Source: Camelus ferus (taxonomy: Eukaryota). From it: a DNA stretch of 64,000 bases. A program made the translations under genes and the position numbers. Every line of letters begins with the position of its first letter. The stretch's first letter is position 1. Positions 37,850-51,268 of the stretch are shown here, one piece after another. The notes beneath the pieces are model-generated. The model saw only the letters and a list, made by a program, of their open reading frames with translations, had not been told where the DNA came from and ran no database searches. The DNA lies in contig NC_045707.1 in assembly GCF_009834535.1 (NCBI RefSeq), positions 51,524,001 through 51,588,000 on the forward strand, read 5' to 3'.

Positions 37850-39050
37850 ATCACCAAATTTTTAGGTAAACTGGAATATCATAAAACTGGATGAGCAAGA
37901 ATTGATTTGGGGGCATTTATTTAGGACATGGGCTTTCATATCCTTGTAAGTACCCTGCAGGATAGAGAAAATCTGGGGCTAGAGTAGCTCACAAAAGTAT
38001 AGAGAAAGTGGTGGCTAACACTCAGCGAAGGTAAGATGCCTGACTTGCAAGTTATACAGTAGAAGAAATGATAAAATGGTTTAAGAATATGGGCAAGTTG
38101 AAAAGTTATATTACATAAACTAATAAAGCCTTGATGGGATCATGTTCTATAAGAAGACCCAGAGAGCACAACTTTCATCCCAAGGCCACCAAAAATGTGT
38201 TAGTGAGAGGGTGACTAGCATCGCTAAGTTAAGTGGTTGCTCTCATATGCAGGCTAAGGATGTCAGTAATAGAAGCAGTCTCAGAGCTCGAACTTGGCTT
38301 ATTAAATGGCACAATGAGGATGATGGGGCCTGAAAGCAATAGATGTCAAGTAGCAGTGTTTAACCATCGAAAGCAAGGGTCCACAGTTTTCACAATGACT
38401 TGCACAATCAAGAGGTAGCCAAGAGATCTTGGCCCACAGGTGGTTATGGAGATCAATAGAACATGGCATCTTTAGGAACAAATTAACATCTACAATGAAG
38501 AAAAAGTCAAGAATGTAAAGACAATAGGTAGAAGACAATTGCCTCAATACGAAGTCACAATTCCTTTCTCAGTCTCCATACCTGACTCAATTTTAAGGTC
38601 CATATACCTCTGACAAAATAGATGCCTAGGTTTATAAGAAAAAGGACCCTAATGCACCACAGCAAGGATATACTATAGAGATTTCCTCAGTAGAACTTAT
38701 GGCAATTCACTTAGTTGATTGAACACTGGAGAAAGAGGAATATTCCAGTATTTAGAGGACAATTAAACCCAGGGTCTTAGTTGATATTGTTACATGAAGA
38801 CATGGAACATCACTGGAGCCTCCTGCTAGACTGGGGATGTATGGTGGCCAGGTAGTAAATGGATTTCTAGCTAAAATTCAGCTTAGACTGGATCCACAGT
38901 GTCAACAGATCCACTAATTGATCAGTTTGTCAGTAACTGAGTATATAATTAAAATTATGTAAATGATTATTAAACCACTGTATAGGATGCCTGGCTTGTG
39001 GGTAGAAATCATCAAAATCTGGAAAGCCAAGTGAAAACCTCTGAAACCAT
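37850..39050 (+). pseudogene. HERV16/ERV3-16A3-like (ERV-L class) gag-pro internal remnant
   Basis: Degenerate matches to ERV-L gag (KLD..E.IDLGA...KWWLTLSE..MPDL) and protease (FRG.L.PGS.LIL...YGGQVVNGFLAKIQL), then GKAK*KPLK. Confidence 0.75.
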
Positions 39051-39064
39051 TCAGATATTTTTTC

Positions 39065-39468
39065 AGGAGAGAACCTGCTGTGAGGAGTGGCGTTAGCTGA
39101 CGGTTTTCATCTGTCCGGATTTACCCCAGGGATTCCACCAAGGTGACTCTCTCCTAAAGCTGCTGCTGGCTAATGACTAAGCATAGTGAGGATACTAGAG
39201 CTGGACTATTCGTACCCAATGCAGGACTTTGCTAATGGTCAATCCCTTCTCCGGGGCTCCTTCAGCCTAGATGAGACTTTATTAGTGCTGCTCTGAAATC
39301 TTTAACTCTTCCTACGAAATACTCCTTTTCCCCAAGTGTCAGTTCTGCATCAGGGTCTGAAGGCTCTTCCAGACTACTGTAAATTTTTACAGGCATTTTC
39401 TCCAGTAAATCTCTTGCACTTCTAATTCTGCCTTGGCATCTGCTTCCTAGAAGACTTGAACTGAAACA
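39065..39468 (+). mobile_element. LTR16/ERV3-16A3-like LTR
   Basis: The 3' end agtaaatctcttgcacttctaattctgccttggcatctgcttcctagaagacttgaactgaaaca is typical of LTR16. Confidence 0.8.
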
Positions 39469-39694
39469 AAATCTGTAACTTGACCTAAGAGGCATTTAAT
39501 GATTTGGGCTTTTCCTTTATTATACTGGCCTTGCCAAGTGCAATTTTCCCTTTTGATCTCTAGAAATGCAAAGTTATTTTTGTCTTTTTTAAATGAAGCC
39601 AAATGGTATAGCACTTTATGGACTTCGCATATTTTCTTTTCTGCCTGGAATTCCTTTCCTCTTCACCTCCTTAGCTATATTCAGTTACTGTGAC

Positions 39695-39869
39695 TCTCAG
39701 AATGGGCTAGGTAATTTTCAGTGCCCAGTGCAAAATAAAAATATCATCCTGTGCAAAAAATATTAAGACTTTCAAGAGAGATACAGCAGAGAATTAACCA
39801 AGTGTGAGCTCTGCTGAATTCAGTGTACTGTGCAACTGCACAGGTCACATACCCATGAAGCTGGCCCTG
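39695..39869 (-). mobile_element. MER45A hAT-Tip100 element
   Basis: Minus strand cagggccagcttcatgggtatgtgacctgtgcagttgcacag...ttttgcactgggcac. Confidence 0.8.
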
Positions 39870-40134
39870 CCTACTGATCTTTTGTGACTGAGCTGTAATG
39901 TTGTTTTATGAAAGAAGTTTTGAATGAGCCTCTGTGTATAAGAAGTCTACAGGCTTGTGTTGATGACTTTTATTGTGGACTGATAACCAAGATTTATACA
40001 TTATTTGTCTTGGTAAACCCTTTTAAATATATCAAAGTAACTGAATCAAAGAATAACTTGTATTGTTTTTTAATGAGCATATTCTTTGTGTTGCAAAGGC
40101 CATATTTTAAAATTCATGCAAAATTTGATTTTTT

Positions 40135-40261
40135 GTTTGTTTTTAGGGGGAGAGGGAGGAAATTAGGTTTTTATTTATTTATTTTTAGTGAAAGTACTGA
40201 GGATTGCACCCACGATTTTGTGCATGCTAGAACACATTCTACCACTGAGATATTCCCTCCC
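40135..40261 (-). mobile_element. Camelid tRNA-derived SINE (vic-1-like), more diverged copy
   Basis: Minus strand gggagggaatatctcagtggtagaatgtgttctagcatgcacaa, TSD aaaatttgattttt. Confidence 0.8.
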
Positions 40262-41129
40262 TGCTCAAAATTTGATTTTTTTTAGAATAGCACTAATACC
40301 CTTTTCTACTCAGATTTCAGCATCAATATTGCCTCCTAGTTGATTGCTCATTACTACGTATTCCTCTCGTGTGTACTACTGCTGTCTTGCTTTAGAAACA
40401 CAAACACTTGTATGCTCAGTGTGTCCTTTCATTCCAAAGAGATGAACTATACTGATGTAAACAGTAATCTTAACTGCTTTGCAATGTTCTCTTAATAAAT
40501 GTCTGCTGAGATTCATTGTGCCCTTCACCTTTGCTTTGTCATTCTATCAATCTCTAAAGCTCTTATTGTTAATAAAATGCAAAGTAATTAGTGAAATTGT
40601 TTGGATGATGTTGCCTTATGTCTCCTGACAAGGTAGAAAATAAAATTGCCCTCAGGTTTTTATGTGTGTTCATACATATTTTAAGATTACAGAATCACCA
40701 ACTTTAGTCTCCAAAATGCTAACGATAATTAGTGGATAACTCAGTATGCTTTTTTTTTTTCTCAATTTGTAGTGCATTTAGGCATATTTAAAAAGCACTT
40801 TAAATTACAAAAATGGTGTTTTTTTGTGATAAGTATGGAATAGACAGATGAATACAATAGGTAATATAAATCAACTATAATTATATCCTATAGAGCTTAT
40901 TACAGCTAGTCATTCTTACAAATTTTTTTCCTATGCTTGTATAGATTCCCCCGACTTTAAGATGTAGAAAAGATTGAGTAAGTTTGGTTCTAATACTCTT
41001 TTTTTACTTTCTAAAAATCTAAGTCCTCTCCATGATTTCAGAATTCCCTATAACCTACAGTCCTAAGCTTCTCTTTCCACTTACTTTGTTCTACTTAATG
41101 ATATCCTAGATAATCTAACCATATCATTC

Positions 41130-43160
41130 CACACAATAATACAAGATTAATATAACTATGAATGATGTTAAGTATTTTTCATGTTTATTTGCTATCCATC
41201 TACTTCCTTTGGTGAAGAGTCTTATCAAATCTTTGTCCATTTTTTTATTAGGGTTTTTTTTTTTTATTTTTGGAAGTTCTTTATATAGGGGTACAAGTGC
41301 TTTGTCAGATACATCATACAAATATTTTTTACCCAGTCTGTGTCTAGACTCTTTGTTCTTTTAACAGTATCTTCTGAAGAGCACACATTTTTAATTTTGA
41401 CAGAATACAATGCATTATTTTTTAAATTGTCTTCTCTAGGAAATTTTTGCCAAATCCAAGGTTACAAAGATTTTTCTCTTTTGTTTTCTTCTAGTGGTTT
41501 TATAGTTTTAATTTTTACTTTTATGTATAAGTTTCATTTTGTGTTAGCTTTTTAAAAATTTGCTTTTTAAAAGATAGGTGTCTAATTTTTCTTAAAGCAT
41601 TTGTTTGAAAAGATAAAATCACTGAATTACCTCTTTACTTTTGTAGAGAATTAGTTCCCCATATATTGTGGGTCTGCTTCTGAATTTTCTAGTTTATTCC
41701 ATTGTTCTATTTCTCCCTCTTTATGCCAATGCTATACTACCTTAATAACTGTAGCTATATAGTAAATCAAAGTCAAGTAGTGTTAAATCACCAATTTTGT
41801 ACTTTTTCAAAGTTGTCTTGCCTATTCTAGGTCTTTTGCATTTGTATATAAATTTTAAAGTCAACTTATCAATTTCTGCTAAAATCTTGCTGGGATTTTA
41901 ATTGAGAATGTGTTGAGTCTATAAATCAATTTGGAGAGGAATGACAGCAACATTGAGTCTTTCTACACATTAACATGGAACATTTCATTTATTTAAGTCA
42001 TTTTAAGTCATTAGTTTCTATTGTCTTGTTTTCCCCTAATTTTAGCATATAGATATTTTAAATGTTCTGTTTGATATATCCTTAAGCATTTCATATTTAT
42101 TGATACTGTTTAAATAATAATTTTTAATTTTGAGTCTTGATTGTTGTCAGTCTATGTAATTTATTAAACATAATTGACTTTATACAAGTATTTGACTTGT
42201 ATCCTATGATCTTACCAAACTCACAGATTGGTTCTGGTAGCTTTATTGTAGATTCCCCCTGAATTTCAACACAGATGACCTGTTATCTGCAAAACAAAAA
42301 GTCTTATTTTCTCCTTTTTAATCTGGATGCTTTTAATTCATTTTTCTTGCCTTATTGAACCCAGGTAGAACTGCCAGTACATTGCTAAGTAGAAATAGTA
42401 AAGGTAAATATCTTGTCTTGTTCCTGATATTATAGGGAAAAATTCATCGTTTCACCATTAATTTTGGTGTTAGCTATAGGTTTTCTGTTGATGTCTTTTA
42501 TTAAGTTGAGGAAATTCCATTCTATTCTTAATTTCCTGACAGTTATTTTTTTCTTTCGGGAAAGGTTGTTGGATTTTTGCCAAATGCTTTTTCTGCATTT
42601 ATTGAGATGATAACATATTTTTCTTTCTTGAGTTGTTAATATGGTGAATTACATTAATTTTCAAATGTGAAAACAATCTTGTATTTATGGGATAAGCCTC
42701 AGTTAATCATGATGTTTTATCTTCTTTATATACTCTTGAGTTCTATTTGCTATGATTTGTTTAGAACTTTTACATCTGTGTTCATGAGGGACACTGTTCT
42801 GCAGTTTTGTCCTTTTCCCCTACATTGTCTTTGGTTTTGGTGTCAGAGAAAAGCTGGCCTCATAGAACAAATTTGGGAGTATTCCTTCCTCTTCAATTTT
42901 CTGGAAGGATTTATGAAAAACATATTATTTCTTCCTTAAATGTCTGGTAGAATTTAACAGCAAAACCATTTGGGCCTGGAAGATCTCTCAAGGCAGTAAG
43001 TTGGGCCAATTATAGCACTCACCTTATTGTTTCCATTTCTCAGGTTTTATTGTCCTTTATTGCCTGATGTTCAACAATATGAAAACCATTTCTTCTAATA
43101 TTTTTTCATTCTTTTAGTTGTGTCTAGTGGGAAGATAATTCCAGTGATTATTATTCCATT
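41130..43160 (-). mobile_element. Old L1 (L1M) ORF2 fragment
   Basis: Continuous degenerate antisense L1 ORF2 (e.g. tcttgtcttgttcctgatattatagggaaaaa, aatgctttttctgcatttattgagatgat). Confidence 0.85.
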
Positions 43161-44487
43161 TTGGCAGAAACAAAAATCCTTACTGATTCAATAACTATTA
43201 TTTAAATTTTCATTTATGGATCTTTCATTTCCTTTTTACATATTTTGCAAAATTATGCTATAACTGAATCTTGAGAACTGAACTAGCACTAATTTTATGT
43301 CTCACATTTTTGTTGTGATTTTATTAATTCTCACTGTTATTGCTTGGCTTTGGATTATGGCTTGAGAGTTTAATATATTTCATTCAACCTTGAATGAAGA
43401 GAGTTTCTCTGTGACCTCTTTCTGTGAGCAAACAAGAAAGGTGGATTTTCTATACTTTCATTTATTATCCAAATTATTTTCTTCACTATCTTCTCAGATT
43501 TTAATCAAATAGCAAGCTAGTGTAAAAAAATAACTATTATTTAAGTAATACAAAACCCTGGGGAAAAAAGTGATTAAAACTAGATCCGTGAAGTTACCAA
43601 GTTGCAACTTACCAAGTAACAATTTCTGCATCATGTTTTCTGTATGTTTAATGAAGCCTTATAATTAATGGCCAACTCTCTGAATACTATTTCCTCTTTG
43701 CTCAGCCTTACCATGAGATGTAAGCTGACACTGCCCTTTCTGAGTTAAATCCCTTCTACAATGTGGATGTTCTTCTGGATATACCCACAAAATCATACTT
43801 AAACCATCTTTGCCACTGTTTCAAATTCTACAGATCCTTAGCCATAAAAGTGATCTACCCAACAATTTCCCTTTGCCTACAGTCTTTTTTTCCCCTAATA
43901 TTGTGGGAATTAATGAGTTCTACTATCATAAGTGCTGTGCTTTCTCAGGTCATATGGTTTCAGGTAACTCCTCAGTGTATCTCATCTGTGATAGACCCAG
44001 TAGGTATTTCTCAACAATTCTGACACTGGGATGATAGTCTTTTGCACCAGGGATTTCACTGAGATCTGGGAAAGAAACAATAGGAAGCCAAATGACATCT
44101 TATGCCTAAATATTTGCATGGTTTATAAGAATAATATTTGTACATTTTATTAGAAAACTTTTTAATGTACATTTTTTATTTGATCCACATAATACCTAAG
44201 TGGAAAACTTGGGAGGCATATGTAAGTTCCATTTTACATATAAGAAAAACTTTTAGACAAAGAAATTAATAAGTGATCCAGAATGGACAATGCATGGGCA
44301 ACAAAACCAGACCTGTAAGTAAAGTCCACTCAACATTTACATCTCTCATGGAAAATGATTGAAGTCTGACTACTGTTAGAGAGTAACAGCAAATTATTTC
44401 TTTTATAATTAGGCTATTTTTAGGACCACAGATGGTTAAAATCTGTAAATCATTTAGGAAAGTGAACTTATTTTTAGACTTGGAGAA

Positions 44488-45828
44488 TTGTTCCTGATCT
44501 TAGAGGAAATGCTTTCAGCTTTTCATCATTGAGTATGATGATAGTTGTGGGCTTGCCATATATGGCTTTTATGATGTGGAAATATGTTCCCTCTATACAC
44601 ACTCTGTTTAGAGTGTTTATCATAAATCAATGTTGAATTTTGTCAAAAGCTTTTTCTGAATCTATTGAGATTATCATATGGTTTTTTTCTTCAATTTGTT
44701 CATGTAGTATATCACACTGAATGATTTGGAGATATTGAACCATCTTTGCATTCCTGGAATAAATACCATTTGATCATGGTGTATGGTCCTTTTGATGTAT
44801 TGTTTAATTAAGTTAGCTAATATTTTGTTAACGATTTTTCCATCTATGTTTGTCAATGATATTTACCTGTAAATTTTGTGTGTGTGTGTGATGTCTTTTT
44901 CTGGTTTTGATATGGGTTATGCTGGCCTTGCAGAATGAATTTGAAAGCATTCCCTTCTCTGTAATTTTTTAGAATAGTTTGAGAAGGATAGGTGTTAATT
45001 CTTCTCTAAATGTTTGGTAGCATTCACTGTGAAGCCATCTGCATGTGGACTTTTGTTTGTTGGGAGTTTTTAAAATACTGACTAAATTCATTATTGGTAA
45101 TTGATCTGTATATATTTCATATTTCTTTCTGTTTCAATCTTTAGAGAGATTATACATTTCTAGGAGTTTGTCCATTTTTTCTAGATTGCCCATTTTATTG
45201 GCATATAATTGTTTATAACAATCTCATGATCATTTTTTTTTCCTGTGGTGTTGGTTGTAATTTCTCTTTCAGTTTTGATTTTATTGATTTGAGCCCTCTC
45301 CCATTTCTTCTTATTGAGTCTTGCTAAAGATTTATTAATTTTGTTTATCTTTAAAAAAGAAAACAGATCCTAGTTCCATTGACATTTTCTGTTTTTTAAA
45401 TCTCTATTTCATTTATTTCTTCTCTGATATTTATTACTTATTTCCTTCTACAAAATCTGGGGTTTTAGATTTTTTTAGTTCCTTTAGGTGTTCTGGAGTT
45501 CCTCTTCCCAATGTAGGACCCCTGGGTGAGGGAGGCTGATGTAGGGCTTTGACCTTTAATTCCTTGGGAAGAACCTCTGCAATTGTAGTTATTGTCTCAT
45601 TTCTGGGTCACCTACCAAGAGGTACAAGTCCTGACAATACCATGTCTCCAATCTTCCTACCATCTCATTGTGGTTCCTTCTTTATATCTTAAGTCGTAGA
45701 AGATCTTTTCTGCTAGTCTTCAGATTTTTCTCATTAATAGCTGCTCTGCAAGTAGTTGTCATTTTGGTGTGCCTATGGGAGGAAGTGAACTCAGTGTCTT
45801 CCTACTCTGCCATCTTGGCCACCTCCTA
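44488..45828 (-). mobile_element. L1 with 5'UTR fused to mid-ORF2 (internally deleted, 3'-truncated)
   Basis: ORF2 RT peptide [40 protein letters not shown] (44674-44856). The minus strand 45828-45490 begins ggaggtggccaagatggcagagtaggaagac, an L1 5' end. Confidence 0.85.
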
Positions 45829-48800
45829 ACAGCCACTAGTTTTTAAAGAAAATTCATGTACTTTTTTTTAAGACAGAGTATTTTATGTCTATACTAAATT
45901 TCCTTATTTTTCTCCATTTTTTCCAAGTTTCCTTTAGGCTGGGTGCAGTATGGGAACTATGGAGCACCAACTAATTCAAATCTGTGATTTATGGTATAAG
46001 TAAAGTGTGTTTTTCTTATGTCTATAAAGATAACATTTTTCTTTTTTAAATAAGACAATTCCTTTTTATTTTCCCTGACATAGCAAGGGCATCATGTGTC
46101 AGAACTCTGAGACTCCCAATTGGATATAAACTTTACTAGAGTTAAAGAAGATATAGGGATTGGGAACTCTGCCAAAGTAGAAATATCAGTAAGAATACAA
46201 AATATTTTTATATGTGTTTCATAATGCCTAAAGAACTTTGGGCTGTCATCATCACTTTGGATCCTGGAGAGCCGCTTGGTAAGGAGAGTTTGCATAATGC
46301 TAAGTAATATAGTGATTTTCAACTACCTATTGGTCTTAGGTATAGCATAATAGGTTTGCCATAAACCAGTATTTCTGATATCAAGTAGAGATGAAAAAAA
46401 AATCGCACTATCTGCAGGGGTCAAGCTTTTGGGGCTGGGGCAATCACTCGATTATTCCTATCCCCAACAGCTATATCTTGTTTGAGAATGCTGACTAAAT
46501 GATGGCTGAAAATTTTGCTATTGTATTACATCATTTCTCAGATCCTGTCCAATCAGCTTGATTAAATTTTGACTCCTTTGATATCTTGCACTCTTAAGAT
46601 TTATCACCTCCTTCTTGTACTTAAGTCCCTTGCTATGCAGCCTAGAGTTCAATGTTTACTACTTTAACTGCATTCTTGCTGATATCTTATCTTTTCTTGT
46701 CCTCTTGCCTTTGCCTTTCTTTTCTACTTGTGGTGAAAATGCTTAACAACAATCAACTGTTTTCTCTGCTTCTACATCTACATGTTGTATTGAAGAAATT
46801 TATGTAATCTCTCAGATTGATGCTCTGTCTCTACCTTCAATGGGTTCTACTGTTAAATTATTTTAATTTTTTAATGAATTATTTTTCACCAGCAACTATT
46901 TTAAACTTTTTCTATCCAATCTGCTAACAACCTATCTTTCTCTCATATTCAGCACAAGAATTCACCTTCTTAGTGGAATGAGTGCCCTCAGCAAACATTT
47001 CCTTGATTTACAGCCCATCTCTTTTTCCTTTCTGACATTTTGTCAACAATGAGTAGATGTCTTTCCTCAAGTGCAAAGCCAACATCTCCACCTGTGCCCT
47101 GGATATTACCCCTGCCTATTGTTTATATCTATCTTTTTATGTTTATATATTATTATGTCTGTATGTTTAATATCTATTAAATATATCCTTACTTTCATGT
47201 ATTAGCTACATTTTCTTGTCTATTGTTGTATTCCAGTCTTTCACAATCATGAGTATTTTCCATCACAAAATATTCTCCTTCCACCTGACATCACTTCCTA
47301 TGTCTCTCTTCCTCTTTATGACTAAGTCACCTAAATATGTGGTTTTTATCTTTTTAACCTCACATTCCTCACACTCTACTTCCTGAAATCTGTGTTCTGT
47401 TCCTCTTCACTCACCGCAGTGGCCTCTTTGTTACTAAAAAGAATGAAAACATTTTTTACCTATCTTCCTTTCACTTCCTGCATCTTTTTACACTTCCGAC
47501 TACTCTTTCTTTAAATCCTCTCTTATTTGATTTCCAGTCTTTTTTCTGTCTCTTTTGTGGGCTTCTTGTTCTTTCTCCATCCTTTAGGTGCCTGTATTCT
47601 CATAAATATTGTCTTCTGATCTCTTTTTTCTCTTTACCTACTTTCTTTGGCATAGGATACCAATTCCAATGGCTTAGTTACCAGATCTGTATTAATAATA
47701 CTCAAACATATATTTCCACCCTGGTTTTCTCCCCCAAGATCCTGTTCTATTTACCCAACTGCTTATTGTTATTTCTTGAAATGCAGTGTGATTCAAACAC
47801 CCACATTTCCTCTAATCAACTAATGCTTCCTCTTTTCTGGATCTTAGTAAATGTCTTCACCACTTACCTAAGCCAAATCCTAAATAAACTAATAGCTTCC
47901 TTCCTCTGGTTTAATGTCAGTACTACCTCCAACTAGCCAGTCACTAAGTCATTTTGAAGTGTCTCCAGGGTGTGATTACTTCTTTTAAAATCTTTCTTAT
48001 TTTCTCATATCGCTACTGAAAGTTTACTTCACTCTAAAAACACTTCTCTGGAAATCAGAAAGAAAAAGCATTCCATCTTCCATTCTAAAAGAAAAGGACT
48101 CGAATTTATCTTTATTTCTTATTGCCATTTGTCTATCATTGTTATGTCACCACAATTTAAAAATCTTGCCTTTTAAAAATTCAGAGTCAATCCTCTTTTC
48201 TATTATTTGAAGATGCAGAAACATTTATTTAGGCCTCAATAAAATAAATAATTGCTTCTCAATCTTTCATCTTCTACCTCCATAATGATGACATTTAGGT
48301 TTCTTAGCCCCTTTACTTCATATACTTGAATTGCTTTTACTTTCACTGTATTTTACGCACCTATAGATTTTTTTTTAATAACATCTTATTACAAAAATCT
48401 TATCTACTGCCAAGAGCTAAGTCAGATCTCTGAACATTTCTTTAACCAGTTTTCTATTCTTAAATCTACTATTCTTTTCTTCCTTTATCTATTTTGTAAC
48501 ATATGTTCCTCAGTTCACCTCTAATCTTCCAGTCCACATATTTCACCCTCCTTCTTACCAAGTCTGGATGCAATGAACAACGATCAATCATATAAAAGTT
48601 GTCCTCTGAAGTTTGTTCTGCCTTTGTTTTCTTTTCAGTGTGAGAGGGACTGTATCCATTTATTTAACAAACGTATAATGAATACTTACTCCTCAGGCAC
48701 TTTTCTAGGTACAGGTAATATAGCACTGAACCAAATAATGACTGGTCTCCTGTAGTTTTAATTTTAGTCAGGGAAGATAGATAAAGTAAAATCATTAACA

Positions 48801-50359
48801 TGTTTTTGGTTAAGATGTGCTGCAGAGAGAAACAGAGCAGGATAAGAATAAAAGAGAAAATGTGTCTATATTTAAAAATAGAGGATAGCCCAGAAAGTTC
48901 TTTCTGATAAAGGGATATTTGGCCAGAGAACTAAAGGTTGTTAAGGAGTAAGCTATGCAGGTATCTAAGGAAATACTCTTCTAGATACAAGAACAGCAGA
49001 TAATAGGCTCTGAGGAAGAAATGTGTTTAACTTTCATGAGGACAAACAAATAGGTCGATATGATCAGAGGAAAATGGGCAAAGGAAAAAAATGGTAGGAA
49101 ATGAATTTAGAGAGGTTATGCCTTTATTCTCTCCTGTATCCAAACTGGCATCATCCTACAGGTCATTATTTTTTTCCTACTTTTGGCTTGTCATCATTGA
49201 TTTCTCATTGGATTCACTGGCAGGTGATGCTGTTTTACTTTAGTAATAGCTGTTAATTTTTAAAGTATAGATTATCTATCATGATCTCCAAAACCAGTTT
49301 GCTGGCTTTTATATGCCTCCCCTGTAGCATATATATAACCTACATATTTCACAGCAAAATCTAAAATGTTCATACAGAGTTCCCATCAAAATATTTATCT
49401 ATGTACACCCACTTTTTCTTCTTTACCTCTATTTTTAAAGAAGGAAATTTAAAAAGAAGGGGGGAAAAAAACAAGGAAGAAATGGGGGAAACTAATATTT
49501 GAATTTGACCTGTTCTTGCTATGGGCTCAGAGATTACCCTATATCATTGTATAGGTCTGTGTGTTTGAACTTACCATTCATTACAAGTTCTTTCTTATTT
49601 CTGCCTTATTTCTATCTTTGTGTATTCCATTAGGAAAAATAGATATTGTTTGTTTCTTTGTTTTTCAAACCTGAAGTCCCAAGACTGTGACACCCTGCTT
49701 TTGGAATTACAGAATTAATTGCACTTAATAGTCAGTTAAAATTTAGATATAGCATTTTGGTTTTTTTTTTTTTTTTGCAAACTATTTTACAGAACAGTTA
49801 TTTCATTACTTACTACATTGATCCAATAAAATAAGTAGTTTTTTTGGTTCTTCAGTTGCTTGCAAAGCATAATGCTGTTTGCAGATCTCACGAACTGATG
49901 GTCAACACAAAGACTTACTCGAAAGTAATAAAAAATATTATTCAAACAAAAATTGTATTCAAAACATCCCAAGCTACAAACTGATTGTACAGTAATCTCA
50001 AACAATATGTGAGAGAACTATTTCCAGGACAAGATATATAGAAGCTGTTCCTTAGAGTTGTGATAAATCTGATTTAAAACATAACACTTTATTGGAACAC
50101 TCAGAATCAATATGTTTCCTGATGCCATTGTCCAAAGTTCACTGCAACAGCCTAGTGTTTTAATTAGCTCATATATAGAATTTTCCTTAATAATAATGAT
50201 AATAAATTTAATAACAATGGTGATAATGTAGCATTGTTTTCTGATCATTATCATCTAATAAAAAATGAAATACTCAGTCTGATTATGACACTTTTCGGGG
50301 CCCTCATAAACGTTAAGAAAAGTTTTCTTTTTCTGATATATTATCATTGAGTGAAAATA

Positions 50360-51183
50360 CCTTTGTGGTGAAACAATTCTGTATGATCCTGTGCTGTTGG
50401 ATTCATGAAATTATGCATTTGTTCAAACCTTTTTACAATGCAAACCTCTTTAAAACACAGAGAATAAACTATTGTATATAAATTAGAAAGAAGATCTTTA
50501 GGAGGTTGGAGGACCCCAGGAAAGAATTCAGACGGTGATGAAAGACAATCTTACTGTATAATAAATACATAAAGTAACATCTTGAAGGGGAAGGGGAAAG
50601 AAGTGCTGACCCATGTAACTTTGAAAATGACTAAAGGAGAAAGAAATTATATGTAAGCACTGTATTCTATTTGGTAAAGTTTTTTTTTATTGAAATATAG
50701 TTGATTTACAATGTTGTTTTAATTTCTGATGTACATCATAGTGATTCATTTATACATATATATTTTCCTTTCCATATTCTTTTTTATTATAGACCATTAC
50801 AAGTTATTAAATAGAGTTTCCTATGCTAAACAGTAGGACCTTGATGTTTTTTCAATTTTATATATAGTGGTTAGTATCTACAAATCCCGAACTCCCAATT
50901 TATACCTCCCCACCCGCCTTCCCCTCTGGTAATCATAAGTTTGTTTTATATGTCTATGAATCTATCTATCTGTGTTTTGTAAATAAGTTCATTTGCATGT
51001 GTTTTGGGGTTTTTTTGTTTTTGTTTTTTTAGATTCCACATAAAAGTGATATCATATGGTATTTGTCTTTCTCTTTCTGGCTTACTTCACTTAGCATGAC
51101 AATCTCCAGGTCCATCCACATTGATGCAAATGAGTTTTTTTATGACTGAGTAGTATTCCTATATATATATAGGATTCATATAT

Positions 51184-51216
<33 letters not shown>

Positions 51217-51219
51217 TCC

Positions 51220-51268
<49 letters not shown>

